Shown here in pieces: positions 1-13,319 of a stretch of DNA of 64,000 nt; the first letter of the stretch is position 1, and each line of letters opens with the position of its first letter. The notes below the pieces were generated by a model. It saw only the letters and a list, made by a program, of their open reading frames with translations, did not search any database and had not been told where the DNA came from. The translations under genes were made by a program, and so were the position numbers. The stretch is taken from assembly GCA_038087875.1 (NCBI GenBank), contig CM075997.1, forward strand, positions 7,938,001 through 8,002,000, given 5' to 3'. Source of the DNA: Malacoraja senta. Its lineage: Eukaryota.

Positions 1-113
1 TTCAGTAATACTTGAAGGTAAAAACACAATTGCTGACACATCGTGTTAATACGATGTTAATAGTGACATTTAACAAGCGCTTAACAGTGACACCCCCTCT
101 GTCTCGTGGAAAG

Positions 114-299
114 CGGAGATTTTAATAGATTTTTTTTCACGGTATTTCAAAATCCGGATGACAAAACATGGGGGGAGGGGATTGTCCCCCACCTCGCAAA
201 ACATGGGGGGGGGGGGGGGGAGAACGTGTCCCGCCCGGGGGTCACAAATGTCTTGTGCTCCGGATTTTTAAATTTGGTGACAAAAAATCTAAATCTCCG
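114..299. repeat. Imperfect palindrome, MITE-like
   Basis: cggagattttaatagattttttttcac...aaaatccgga is near reverse-complementary to tccggattttt...gtgacaaaaaatctaaatctccg. Confidence 0.6.
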
Positions 300-648
300 T
301 TAATAGCTCAGGTATTCTCGGAGAATTTCTTAAAGCTGTCTGATGCGGGTACAATTACCATTTGAACTAATTGGATGTATTGGTAGATGGGGAAAATGTA
401 AACGGGTGTCGGATTTAAACTGGTCAGGTCATTAAGGGCTCCGGGCTGGCTTGCAGGTAAGTCCATCATTCACGGTCACTCACGTTATTTAGTATTTTTC
501 TCCCATCGCTCCCTCTCTCCCCCCTCCAAGGTTGGTCCTTCTGTTTGCCGTTATTTGCTTCAGTTTTATTTGTTTAAGTGTTATTTATCACATTGCAGCT
601 TTTGAAAGATTCAAGCAGGTATCAGACGCTTTCTAAGGGCTGAATCGA

Positions 649-783
649 CCATTCACGGGGCCTTTCATCGCCCATCGCGGCTTAAAATCAATCTGCTGCA
701 TCGAGGCGATTGAGGCTCCCAATGTTGAAACCTCCGCCGGCCGATTTTAAGCCGCGCCGGGCAATGAAAGGACCCGCAAACGG
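649..783. repeat. Imperfect CpG-rich palindrome, MITE-like
   Basis: gcctttcatcgcccatcgcggcttaaaatc versus gattttaagccgcgccgggcaatgaaaggac. Confidence 0.6.
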
Positions 784-939
784 ACTGATTGAAGCCCCAC
801 AATTCGGGGCGGACGAAGCTGCTGTTGCTGGAGTTCGGAGTCGGTCACAAACCAGGTCAGTTCCCGATGTTGCCGTCCACAGGGCCCATGGCTGAAGCCT
901 CCAAAGCCTCGCGTGTGTGCGCACATGCATGCGGCCACC

Positions 940-3900
940 AAGAAACAGCTTCCCCCCCAAATTGTGTCCCCCCCCCGTGTTTTGATGGCGATTGCCGCCT
1001 GACAGCGAGTACCTGCAGGTCCTTTTTGTCCCAGTGCTCCTTGGGTTTTGAGCTACAACCGTCCTGCTTCAGCGCAGAATGCTCCAAGGTTGCCTATGCC
1101 ATCTCCCTGATGTCTGGACGTGCTTCAGCCTCGGGTACAGCTGCCTGAGAGAGACAACGAGATTTCTCTCAGGACTTTGCCCATTTTTTGGCTGAGCTGG
1201 GAAGGTGCTTCAACAACCCTTTAGTCAGAAGAGAGGCTGCCCAGAGGATGCTGCATCTCCGCCAGAGGGTACACTCTGTTGCTGATTACACCATTGACTT
1301 TCGGACCACGGCTATAGAGAGCAGTTCGTGTGATACCGCTCTGCTCAGTGTCTTCATGGCCTCAACGAGAACCTAAAGGATGAGTTGGCCTCTCATGCCC
1401 TCCCCTCTGATCTGAACTCGTTGATTGATAGACAATAGGTGCAGGAGTAGGCCATTTGGTCCTTCGAGCCAGCACCGCCATTCAATGTGATCATGGCTGA
1501 TCATCCACAATCAGTACCCCGTTCCTGCCTTCTCCCCATATTCCCCGACTCCGCTATCTTTAAGAGCTCTATCTAAATCTTTTGAAAGCATCCAGAGAAC
1601 TGGCCTCCACTGCCTTCTGAGGCACAGAATTCCACAGGCTCACAACACTCTGTGTGAAAATGTATTTCCTCATCTCCGTTCTAAATGGCTTATCCATGAT
1701 GTAACCATCCGGTTAGATAACCAGCTCCAGGAGTGAGAGCGAGCCAAGCTATCGACAGTTCTTTACCAGTCACCTAACCGTTCACACTTCTCTTGTCGTA
1801 GTTAGCATATTGTTCCACTTCCCTCTGAAGCAAGTAGCCTCACACATCCCGGCCCTGATCCAGTGCAGGGGGAGTCTATACAGATGGCCACAGCAGGCTG
1901 AGCGAGGCCGAGCGCCTGAGAGGCATACGGGGGAGATCAAGGACATTTCATTGCTGCCTGCCCAGTAAAAGCCAAACCCTCCCTAGTTGGAGAGGGATTA
2001 TGGGTGAGCAAGGTTTATTTCCCTACTATTTTCTTCTAGACTCACTCCTGTCACTTTACTCATTGGAAACAATTTGTTGAAACTCGATGCGCTCATTGAT
2101 AGCTTCATTGATATCAATCTAGCTTGGAAATTCCAGATTCCCACTGAGAGTAGAAGAGCCCTGCCAAGCCAGTGCACTTGATGGTAGAACCATCGACACC
2201 ACTCACTACTCTCCCCCTAGAACTTTGTGTTAATGGTACCCACCGGGAGAGCATTCAGTTGCTGTTACTTAACTCACCTCATGTTCCAGTCGTTCTGAGT
2301 CGGCCTTGGCTGACAACTCGCAACCCCACTGTTAAATGGTCCACTGGCAAGATCTCCACATTGTCACGTTAATTGTCTTCACTCCGCTTGTCCTCCACAT
2401 ACCTCTGTGTCTGTTGCTCCTAGTGACTATCCGGACCTGTCTAAGGTACCATCCGAATATCATGAGGTGAAGGAAATTTTTTGCAAGTCCCGAGTCACCT
2501 CTTTACCTCCTCACCGCCATTATGATAGTGCCATTGACCTATTATCTGGTACTTCTCCACCCCGCGATCGTCTGTACTTGCTCTCTGCTCCCGAGATGGA
2601 TGCCATGGAGAAATACATTTCTGAGTCTCTGGCAGCTGGTATAATCCATCCATCCTCCTCTCCCGCCGGGGCAGGATTTTTCTTTGTGAGTAAGAGGGAT
2701 GGCAACCTTCGCCCTTGTATTGATTATCGGGGCTTGAATGACATCACTGTCAAGAATAGATACCCCTTGCCACTCATCTCCTCTGTCTTCAACCATGCCA
2801 CCGTGTTCCCTAAGCTGGATCTGCGTAATACCTACCACTTGGTTCGCATCAAGGAAGATGAGTGGAAGACAGCCTTCAACACACCTAGCGGGCATTACGA
2901 GTACCTCATAATGCCCTTCGTCCTGACCAATGCCCCGGCTGTCTTCCAGGCACTGTTCAATGATGTGCTCCGTGACATGCTGAACCGGTTTGTCCTCGTT
3001 TACCTGGATGACATCCTCATCTACTCTGGCTCTACATCGGAACATACCCGCCGTGTCTGTCTTGTCCTGTGGCTGCTATGGGAGAGTCAAGACAGAGAAG
3101 TGTGAGTTCCACCAGCCCAGTGTCCTTCCTGGGATACAACCTCTCTGCCGGCCATGCCGAGATGGATCCAGGAATGGTGAGAGTGGTGGTAAATTGGCCT
3201 GAGCCTGCCAGTAGCAAGGAGAAAAACGCATCCTCGGCTTCTACCGCCGTTTTATCCGCAACTACAGCATTCTGGCTGCTCCTCCCACTGCCCTCACGCC
3301 TACCTCCATCGTGTTTGCCTGGCTTCCTGCTTCTGAGGGGGCATTCCAGGATCCTAAGCAACGTTTCACTACCGCCCCCATCCTGGAGCATCCTGACCCG
3401 GCCCGTCAGTTTGTGACGGTCTGTCTCCATTCCACTGTCCCATAGTTATCAGCCATCTTTGTTTCCAGACAAAGAGAAGGAGCTGTAATGGTTATATGGT
3501 TATATGAGGTCTCCCTGTGCCCAGGAGTCTGTGCACCGTTGTCGTCGGACCTGGATGGATACCCGATCAACCCTGCTCAGCACCGCCTCCAGGTATAGAT
3601 GACAGGCAGATCATCACCGGACCCCTGCCCCTCGCTACTGTCCTGGGGAGAGGGTATGGATGTCCACCCGAGACCTCCCGCTCCGCGTTGAGTCCCGTAA
3701 ATTGGCACCCCGGATTATTGGTCCATTCACTATCCTTAGAGTCATCAACCGCATTAGATTACCCCGGTCTATGCGTAATCACCCCACCTTCCATGTATCT
3801 CAGGTAAAGCCTGTGTCTTCCAGATCCCTGTCTCCCACTCCTCAGCTACCTCCATCACCCCGCATCATTGACGGTTGTTCTGCCTACACGGTGAACCGAC

Positions 3901-4339
3901 TGCTGAAGTCCCGGCAGCGTGGCAGAGGGATTCAGTACCTTATTGACTGGGAGGACTACGGACCAGAGGAGAGGAGCTGGATCCCTGCCCGTGACATCCT
4001 GGAACCTTCCCTCATCCGTGGTTTTCATCAACAGCATCCGGATCAGCCTAGCAGGACGACAGGAGGCGTCCGTGGGAGGGGGGCTCCTGTCACACCTGCT
4101 ACGCCTCCAGACAATTGAGACTCTCTCCACATTCCTCCACTGATCTAATCATGAGTTACACCTGCATTCACTCTGCTCCCCTCATTAGTCAAGGATTATA
4201 TGCCTGCTATCTATGTTCACTCCCTGCTGACTAATCAGTTCTGTATTCCGTCGGTTACATTCGTGTTTGGACATTGCTTTTCACCTGGACTTGTCTGCGT
4301 ATGCCTGTATTTGAGTCCTTTCCTTCCCAAAGCCTGACA
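940..4339 (+). mobile_element. Decayed Ty3/Gypsy chromovirus-type LTR retrotransposon (gag, protease, RT, integrase C-terminus with chromodomain, PPT, probable 3' LTR)
   Basis: gag-like PPCFDGD...KVAYAISLMSGRA; RT with [11 protein letters not shown] and YLDD (2407-3105); GPF motif and chromodomain [15 protein letters not shown] (3660-4118); purine tract followed by TGTCA at 4088; many stops and deletions. Confidence 0.88.
1428..1696 (-). mobile_element. CR1 LINE 3' fragment nested in Gypsy gag
   Basis: Matches the 3' end of the CR1 copies at 13320 and 43561. Confidence 0.85.
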
Positions 4340-4429
4340 TCCTCCCTGTCACCATTCTTTAAGGCTCTCTTCTAATGGTTGAGAAGGAGCTTTATGTCAC
4401 TGGTGACCCGGGGCTTGTTGTTGGCGAAA

Positions 4430-4640
4430 CAGTGTACAGTCTCCTCAACGATAGAGACCTAGGTTCGATCATGACAATGGGTGCAATCTGTATGGTGTTT
4501 TACGTTCTCCCCATGACCTGCGTTGGTATTTTCTAGATGATCCGGTTTTCTCCTACACTCCACAGAACGTACAGGTTTGCAGGCTAATTGGATTGGTAAA
4601 ATTATAAATTTTCCCTACTGCGTGTAGTATAGAGTTCATT
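4430..4640 (+). mobile_element. Degenerate tRNA-derived SINE
   Basis: B-box-like ggttcgatc followed by the same core as the copies at 36060 and 52457. Confidence 0.65.
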
Positions 4641-4671
4641 TGTTTATGAAATGATGAAAAAAAATGTTTAC

Positions 4672-4730
4672 CTGGAGGCGAAACCAATCCAATCTCAGAC
4701 CTCTGAAGTTCAATTGCTCCTCATTGTCAA
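4672..4730 (-). CDS. NCKAP1L: NCKAP1L coding exon, approx. exon 15 (59 nt)
   Basis: tag/...gtaaac; (V)DNEEQLNFRGLRLDWFRLQ. Confidence 0.94.
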
Positions 4731-5109
4731 CTATGATAAAGATAAAAGAGCATCACTGTTAAATCAGAGTTGAATTTAATGTCGGTGGGAAAACTTGGAA
4801 GCCAGCATCTGGACTGGTTGGGTGATTAAAGTTGTCTAATTGAGCAACTAATCAAAGGCAAGGTATAGTGGAGTGGAGTGGCCTATTGGGAAAGTTGCTG
4901 TGTTCAGGGTAAGTGGAGTCTTTGGTCCAAGAGTATTTGCTGATGTGTCTGAGGCAAGGAAGTTGAGCACAGGGGGACAGGAGGAAATGGTGTGGGGGAG
5001 TCTGCAGTTATGTGTGACTCGTGTGATTTTACTTTCTTGGTTTCTTGTGTGTTTTGTGGCTCTGGGGCTGTACTTGCTGGAGTTTAAAAGGAAGCTGGGG
5101 GTATCTCAT

Positions 5110-7745
5110 TGAAACCCTCCAGCTAATGAAAGGCCAAGAAAGAGTGGATGTGGAATGGATGATTCCAGTAATGTGAGTCCAGAACCAGAGGGCACAGCTT
5201 TGATACAAGGATGTAACCTTGGAATGGAGAGGAGGAGGAATTTATTTAGCCAGAGGGTGGTGAATTTGTGGAATTCATTGCTGCAGGCAACTGTGGAGGG
5301 TTGAGCAGCAGTAACAGGCAGGGCTGTGGCACCGAACCTGGCTCTCAGGCACAGCAGGGAAGGGTGATGTCAAGCAGACATGAGACTCTATGGTGGCAAT
5401 CGAGACTCCAGGATGGTGTGTGGCCTCCCTGGTGCCAAGGTCCAGGATGTCTTGGAGCAACTACATGCCATTCTCAATGGGAAGAGTGGGCAGTCAGAGG
5501 TTGTTGTGCATGTTGGCACATTTGATATTGGTAACAAAAGGAATGAAGTACTGCAAAAATGGTTATAGGGAGTTAGGCAAAGCTAAATAACAGGACCTCC
5601 AGTGCCAAGTGCCATTGAAGGTAGGAACAGGAAGCTACACAAACGGATGTGTGGCTGAGGAGTTGATGCAGGGGGCAGGAATTTGTATGATTGGATCTTG
5701 GGGATCACTTCTGGGGCAGAGGTGACCTGTACAGTTGGATGGGTTGCACCTGAACTGGAGAGGAATCAATAACCTGGCAGGCAGGTTTGCTACATGGGTG
5801 GGTTAAAAGTAGATGGGGGTGTGGATATTATGCAGGAGTGAGAAGCTGGAAGTCGGTAGGGATGGTGATGAAAGAACGTTCAGTGGACAGAATAGGCAAT
5901 TCAATCCACTGCAATCCACTTCAAATACGTGCAATTCAATCTTACAGTCCTTCCTCGCTCGTGCGAGGAAGGACTGTAAGATTGAATTGCACGTATTTCA
6001 ATGTGAGAAGCCTGATGGGTAAGGGTGAACTGAGGGTGTGGGTAGGTACGTGCCACTGGGACATTGTAGCTATCAAGGAAACCAGGTTGAAGAGGGACAG
6101 GACTGGCAGCTTAATGTTCCAAGGTACAGGAGCTATAGGAGAGATAAAGGTTGGGGTAACAGAGGGGGTGTTGCCTTGTCGATTATGGAGGATGTCACTG
6201 CAGTAGTTTGAAATAACATTACTGATGGTTCGTCCAGTGAGTCTGTATGGGTGGAGCTAAAAAATAAAAAAGGAGATGATCACCTTGTTGGGTGTGAACT
6301 ATAAGTCCCTGAAATAGTCAATGGAAATTGGCGGGGAAAATATGTCAGGAGATTGGTAGATTGGCAACTGCAAGACTAATAAGGTTATAGACTGGGACTA
6401 TCATAGTGGCAAATGCTTTGATTTTGCTTGGGAAAGTTTCTTCGGATAATATGTAGAGGGCCCTCTATGGGAGAGGACAAAGCCTGATCTACTCAGGAAA
6501 TTGGGACGGGCAAGTGACTGATCTGTCCGTGGTATTAGCTTTAAGATAGTTATGGACAGGGACAGGCCTGTGAGTTATGATTCGGAATTGGATCAACTTT
6601 GGTATTAGGCAGGAGCTTGCTTTAATGGATTGAAATATATTGTTTGCAGGCAAAGAAATGTCTAAAATGGGATTCTTTTAAAAGTGTGATGACAAAAGTT
6701 TGGAGTTTAGAGTAACAGCATGGAAACGGGCTCTTCAGCCCAGCTAGTACATGCCGACCATCCATTACCCGTACACTAGTTCTATGTTATCCAGTTTTCA
6801 CATTACACACACCAGCGGCAATTTACATAAGCCAATTAACCTACAAACCATGTCTTTGTATAGTGGGATGAAACCAGAGCACCCGAAGAAAACCCATGTG
6901 GTCACAGGGAAAACGTATAAACTCCATGCAGACAGCACCCAGGATTGTGATCAAACATGGGTCTCTGGTGTTGTAGGACCGCAGCTCTATTGTTGTGCCA
7001 CTATGCCACATTTCTTTTTAAAGTTTGGGCCATGCGTGCCTAAGAAAGCTGCAATGCCGAGAGAAATTGATGTGCGGGTCAGGAAAAAGGGGGCAAGGGA
7101 CAGGTATAAGTAGCTTTGATCAAGTGTATACCTGGAGGATTTTCAGGAATTGAGGAGAACTTTAAAGAAGGAAATTAGGAGGGCAAAAAGGGGACAGAAG
7201 ATAGCTCATGCAGATATTATCAAGAGAAATCCAAAGGGATTTTATGTACATTAAGGTAATGAGGGTGACTAGAGAAAGAATAGGTCCCCTCATAAACCAA
7301 AGCAGTTATCTCTGTGGGAGCCACAGGAGATGGGCAAAACCTTATTGAGTATTTCTCCTCTGTTTTTACTGAGAAGAAAGACATGAAGACTGGGGAACTG
7401 GCAGAATAGATAGAGTGAATGCATATTCTTTTACCCAGCGTAGTGGAATCTAGACCAAAGAATATAGGTTTAAGGTGCAATGGGAAAGATTTAAAGGGAA
7501 CCAGAGGCAACTTTTTTTCACAGTGGGTGGTAAGTTTATGGAACTAGCTGCCAGAGGAGGTAGTTGAGGCAGGAACCATAACAACATTTAAAATACATTT
7601 GGACAGGTACATGGATACAAAAGGTTTAGAGAGATATTGCCTAAGTGCAGGCAGTGCATAAGATATTGACTAGTCTAGACTAAGCATTTTGGTCAGCATG
7701 AGCAAATTGGGCCAAAGGTTCTGTTTCCATGCTGTGTGACAGACT
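5110..7745 (+). mobile_element. Old fragmented CR1 LINE (esterase ORF1, endonuclease and 3' remnants) with nested SINE at about 6790-7010
   Basis: MVCGLPGAKVQDV...VVVHVGTFDI; LNCTYFNVRSL; CR1-type 3' end. Confidence 0.75.
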
Positions 7746-7766
7746 CCTCAGTACTGAGTTGAGCAT

Positions 7767-8250
7767 ATAACCATATAACAATTACAGCACGGAAACAGGC
7801 CATCTCGGCCCTTCTAGTCCGTGCCGAACACTTATTCTCCCCTACTCCCATCTACCTGCACTCAGACCATAACCCTCCATTCCTTTCCTGTATATACCTA
7901 TCCAATTTATTTTTAAATGATAAAATCGAACCTGCCTCCACCACTTCCACTGGAAGCTCATTCCACACAGCTACCACCATCTGAGTAAAGAAGTTCCCCC
8001 TCATGTTACCCCTAAACCTCTGTCCCTTAATTCTCAAATCATGTCCTCTTGTTTGAATCTTCCCTACTCTCAATGGGAAAAGCTTATCTACGTCAACTCT
8101 GTCTATCCCTCTCATCATTCTAAAGACCTCTATCAAGTCCCCCCTTAACCTTCTGCGCTCCAAAGAATAAAGACCTAACTTGTTCAACCTTTCTCTGTAA
8201 CTTAGCTGCTGAAACCCAGGCAACATTCTAGTAAATCTCCTCTGTACTCT
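7767..8250 (-). mobile_element. CR1 LINE 3' fragment ((TTATATGG)n-tail subfamily)
   Basis: ORF 7852-8226 LSYRERLNKLGLYSLERRRLRGDLIEV; repeat tail. Confidence 0.9.
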
Positions 8251-8429
8251 CTCTATTTTGTTGACATCTTTCCTATAATTTGGCGACCAAAATTGTACAC
8301 CATACTCCAGTTAATTTATTCATCTGTTCATTTATGTATAAACAGGCACAACAGCATGGTTCAAGCTTGATGCACAGGGGTCAATGTGTTGGAGATGGTC
8401 TGCATATCAAGGAATAAAATGTGTCAGAA

Positions 8430-10600
8430 CACAAAACAGAACATTGGATGGACTCAGTGGATTGAGTCTGTAAGTTGATATTTCAGATTGAGCCCCAGCC
8501 AAGAAGGAAGAGGAAAGATAGTCTTAATAGCAGTATGGGAGTAATGGGATATAAGCTGGTGGGTGAAAGGTGTGCCAGGTAGGGAGGGGATAACATAGCA
8601 AAGATTAATCGGAAGACAAAAGATTGGGAAGCTTTTAACGAACAACATAAGGTAACCAAAAGACAATATCGGGAGAAAAGATGAAATGCAAAGATAAGTT
8701 AGCTAATAATATAAAAGAGGATAGCAAGAGTTTCTTCAGTTATAAAGAGTAAGAAAGAGGCAAGAGTGGACTTTGGTTCGCTGGAGAATGATGCAGGAGA
8801 AGTGATAATAGGGAATAAAGAAATGGCAGAGGAGTTGAATAACAGTTTTTGCATCAGTCTTCACAGTGGAAGGCAACACCAACGTGCCTGAAATTCAAGA
8901 GAGTCGGGTGGAAGTTAGTGGAGTGGCTATTACTAGGGAGAAAGTGCTTGGGAAGCTGAAAGGGCTGAATGTTGGTGTCACCTGGGCTGAATGTCGATTG
9001 ACTCTGAAATTGGACCGGATTGTTCTGAAAGAGGCTTTAGTGATTGTGGAGGCATTGATAGTGGTATTTCAAGAATCACAAGAGACCGAAGTAGTTCCAG
9101 ATGATTGGAAAATTGCCAATATTACCCCACTGCACAAGGGCACAAAGCAGAATAGTGGGAACTTTAGGCTGGTTGGTCAGATTTTAGAATCCACTATAAA
9201 GGATGACGTTACAGAGAACTTAGAAGTTCACAATAAAATTGGCCGAAGTCAGCATGGCATTGTGAACGGGATGTATTGCTTGACAAATTTGCTGGAATTC
9301 ATTGAAAAAGTAAATAGCAGAACAGAAAAAGGAGAGTCAGTAGATGTTGTTTACCTATGTTGTGTGAAAGCCTTTGATAAGGCTGCTAAGAAAGAAGCCC
9401 ATGGTTTCAAAGGGCAGATACAAGCATGGATAGCAGATAGACATAAAATGCTGAAGTAACTCAGCGGGCCAGACAGCATCTCTGGAGAGCAGGAACGGGT
9501 AACATTTTGGGTCGAGACCCTTCTTCAGACATGATAGGAGGTTGGCTGGATGGCAGAAGACAAAGAGTGGCAATAAAGGGGGCTTTTTCTGGTTGGATGC
9601 CAGTGACCAGCGCAGTTCGGCAAGGGTCGGTGCTGGGGCTGCCACACTTCACGTTCTACATTAATAATTTGGACGAGGGGATTGAAGGCTTTGTGGCCAT
9701 GTTTGCAAATCCTACGAAGATAGGTGGAAGGGCAGGTAGTGAAGAGAAAGCAGGGACTATACAGAAGGGCATGGACAGGTTGAGAAAGTGGGTAGAGAAG
9801 TGGCATTTGGAATATAGTGTAGCAAAATGTGGAGTCATGCATTTTGGTAGCAGGAATCAAGGTGTAGACTATTTTCTAAATGAGTTGATCATCCAGAAAT
9901 CGGAGGTGAAAAGGGACTTGTGCAGGATTCCCAAAAAGTTAATCTGCAGTTTGTAAATAAATTAATCGCAATGCAAACAGTTATTTTAAGAGGCCTTCTA
10001 TTCAAAAACGGGGCTGTAATGCTGAGGATCTATAAACCGCTGGTAAGGCTGCATTTGGAATATTGTGAGCAATTTTGGGCACCATATCTGAGGAAGGATG
10101 TGCTGGTTCTGGAGAGGGTCCAGAGGAGGTTTACAAGAATAATCCAGGGAATGAATAGGTTAACCTATGATGAGCGTTTGTCAGTACTGGGCCTGACTTG
10201 CTGGAGTTTAGAAGAATGAGCGGGGACCTCAGTGAAACATACAGAAAAATGAACGGTTAGAGTGGATGTGGAGAGGATGTTTCCACTAGTGGGAGAGTCT
10301 AGGACTAGAGGTCATAGGCTCAGAATTAAAGGACCTTTTATAGGAAGGAGATGAGGAGAAATGTATTCAGTCAGAGGATGGTGAATCTGTGGAATTGGCC
10401 CTAGAAGGCTGTGGAGGCCAAGTCTGTGGATATTTTTAAGGCAGAGATAGATAAGATTCTTGATTAGTATGGGTTTCAGAGGTTATGGGGATGGCAGGAG
10501 AATGGGGTTAGGAGGGAGGGATAGATCAGCCATGATTGAATGGTGGAGTAGAATTGATGGGCTGAATGGACTAAATCTACTCCTGTCACTTATGACCTGA
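8430..10600 (+). mobile_element. Degraded CR1 LINE ORF2 (RT) and 3' end
   Basis: DWKIANITPLHK, KAFDK, QGSVLG, HLEYCEQFW motifs with frameshifts. Confidence 0.85.
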
Positions 10601-10615
10601 TGGTAAAATAGAAAA

Positions 10616-10862
10616 AAATAGAAAAATAAGTGCAGGAGTAGGCCATTCGGCCCTTCGAGCCTGCACCGCCATTCAATATGATCATGGCTGATCATCCAAC
10701 TCAGTATCCTGTACCTGCCTTCTCTCCATACCCCCTGATCCCTTTAACCACAAGGGCCACATCTAACTCCCTCTTAAATATAGCCAATGAACTGGCCTCA
10801 ACTACCTTCTGTGGCAGAGAATCAATCACCACTCTCTGTGTGAAAAATGTTTTTCTCATCTC
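10616..10862 (-). mobile_element. Young CR1 3' fragment
   Basis: Near-identical to 13330-13580. Confidence 0.9.
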
Positions 10863-11147
10863 GTAAATGATCACACCTTGTAAATGATCAGATGGAGTGA
10901 GACAGAGAGACCTGCAAAAGGAGAAGTGGCAGAGATTGTCCAGGTAAATCCAGATGCAGGGTTGAACTTGTGGCTGTAGATTCCAGTGTCTACTGTCTCT
11001 GCCATCATGATTCCTCAGCAGCAGGTCAGATGTGCAGCTGGGTGACATCTCGTGTGTGTGTGTGAGGGAGAGATTTTTCAATTTTCATAAAATATTTACA
11101 GAATCACATGGACCAGGCACCTGCTTTTCAGTACTTTAGATCATTAC

Positions 11148-11229
11148 CTTGTTTGATATTCAACGAGGTCAAACTGTTCACAAAGGATGACATAATCACA
11201 GATTCTTCCTCCGGACAGACTGAGAGGTT
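11148..11229 (-). CDS. NCKAP1L: NCKAP1L coding exon, approx. exon 14 (82 nt)
   Basis: tttttag/...gtaatg; [27 protein letters not shown]. Confidence 0.95.
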
Positions 11230-11807
11230 CTAAAAAGGCAAACGAAAACTTAGATATCCAGACAAATCATAGAATTAAGAATTCTTACTACACCAAAGGA
11301 GGCCACTTGGGCCATCGAGTCCTTGCCAGCTCCCTGTAACACTTCTATCAGTCCTATTTTCGTGCTCTTTCCCCACCTTGTAAATTATTCCCTCCAGTTC
11401 TAATCCAGTTCACTTTAATCCCCTAGTTGACCCCAACAGGCAGTGAATCCAGGTCATCGCTCCTCTCTGGGTGAAGGGGCTTGACTCGCTCCTCAGCTGC
11501 CCACTCCCCCCACCGCCCCCCCTCCCCCCCACTTACCTTTAGCACTTACCCTGTGCCCAGGTTCTTGTCCCCACCACGTTGCCTCCCTGCATCTCTACTC
11601 TGCTCCTCTCTCTCCATCTGAATCCCAGATCCCAAACACCTCACCAACTGCTCTCTCAACATTCCTGGCACTTTCAAGGATCAATGTGCATCCAGGTTCC
11701 TCTGTTCCCACCTCCTTAAGGGTGGTGCCATTGAGCCTAGAGTCGCCCCTTGCTCTTTTTCCTCATGTGTTTCACTTTACATGTCTCTGTACTAACTCCA
11801 TCTGCCA

Positions 11808-12000
11808 GGTGTGTAGGAAGGAACTGCAGATTCTGGTTTACACCAAAGTTGCTGGAGTAACTCAGGGGGTCTGACAGCATCTCTGGAGAAAAGAAATAAG
11901 TGACATTTCGGGTCGAATCCTTGACCCAAAATATCTCCTATTACTTTTCTCCAGAGATGCCACCTGACCCACTGTGTTACTCCAGCATTTTGTGCCTCTT
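11808..12000. repeat. Palindromic short interspersed element, similar to the Penelope-associated terminal repeat
   Basis: gctggagtaactcag...gcatctctggagaaaag and its inverse in one unit; related pieces near 9440, 29425, 36745, 37765, 51880, 53420 and 63915. Confidence 0.7.
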
Positions 12001-12451
12001 TTCATCTGCCACATATCTGCCAGCTTCGGATTGTCTGTAGACTTCCCAGCTTTGGGTCATCTATAGATTTGGAAATGTCTCCTTGTATACCTGTTTAGGT
12101 CTGGAATATATGCAGAAAGCACCAATCCCAGCACTAAACCCTGGGGACAGCACAGTCCACCACCCCCAGCCTGGGGAAGAAGCCTACACTGCCACTCCCA
12201 GCTTGCTGCCTTTCATCTAAGGCCTGACCTTTCTTCCACTGAGCCTTCAGTTCACCAGGCCTCTGCTTTGTTCAGCCACCTGTTTTCTGGGATGCATCAA
12301 CTCGCATTTCTTCAAACCTGTTAATGCTCCATGCTTAATGATTCTGAAAGTTTCCACAATTCTGGCGTTGTACAGCCTGCTCTGTGTCTTCCTGGACATC
12401 TCCTTAATTTTCAATGCTACTGCAGCTTTGGGACATGTATTGACCGACATT

Positions 12452-12800
12452 TTAGAAACTTAGAAAATAGGTGCAGGAGTAGGCCATTTGTCTCTTTGAG
12501 CCAGCAATATCATCATGACTGATCATCAAGAATCAGTACCCGGGATCCTGCTTTTTCCCCATATCCCTTGATTCCGTTATCCCGAAGAGCATTATCCGAA
12601 TCTCTGTTGAATACATCCAGTGACTTGCCCTCCACTGCTTCCTGTGGCAGAAATTCACAAATTTCTGACTGAAAAGGTTTTTCCTCATCTCAGTCCTGAA
12701 TGGTCTACCCCTTATTCTTAAACTGTAACCCCTCCTTCTGGACTCCCTCAACATCGGGAACATTTTTCCTGCTCCTAGTCTGTCCATTCTCTTTAAAATT
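12452..12800 (-). mobile_element. CR1 3' fragment
   Basis: ORF 12533-12787 resembles the CR1 ORF2 C-terminus. Confidence 0.8.
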
Positions 12801-12832
12801 TTATGTATTCATTTTATGTATTACATTCATAA

Positions 12833-13317
12833 AATAGAGAGAGTACAGAGGAGATTTACTAGAATGTTGCCTGGGTTTCAGCAACTAAGTTACAGTGAAA
12901 GGTTGAACAAGTTAGGTCTTTATTCTTTGGAGCGCAGAAGGGGACTTGATAGAGGTCTTTAAAATGATGAGAGGGATAGACAGAGTTGACGTGGATAAGC
13001 TTTTTCCATTGAGAGTAGGGAAGATTCAAATGAGGACATGATTTGAGAATTAAAGGACAGAAGTTTAGGGGTAACATTAGGGGGAACTTCTTTAATCAGA
13101 GAGTGGTAGCTGTGTGGAATGAGCTTCCAGTGGAAGTGGTGGAGGCAGGTTCGATTTTATCATTTAAAAATAAATTGGATAGGTATATGGACGGGAAAGG
13201 AATGGAGGGTTATGGTCCGAGTGCAGGTAGATTTGACTAGGGGAGAATAAGTGTTCGGCACGGACTAGAAGGTCCGAGATGGCCTGTTTCAGTGCTGTAA
13301 TTGTTATATGGTTATAT
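12833..13317 (+). mobile_element. CR1 3' fragment, inverted near-identical copy of 7767-8250
   Basis: Direct sequence comparison; ends gttatatggttatat. Confidence 0.9.
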
Positions 13318-13319
13318 AC

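Noticed and set aside
3660..4118. Host chromodomain gene or domesticated Gypsy gene
   Set aside because: Integrase tail of a decayed chromovirus with stops and large deletions
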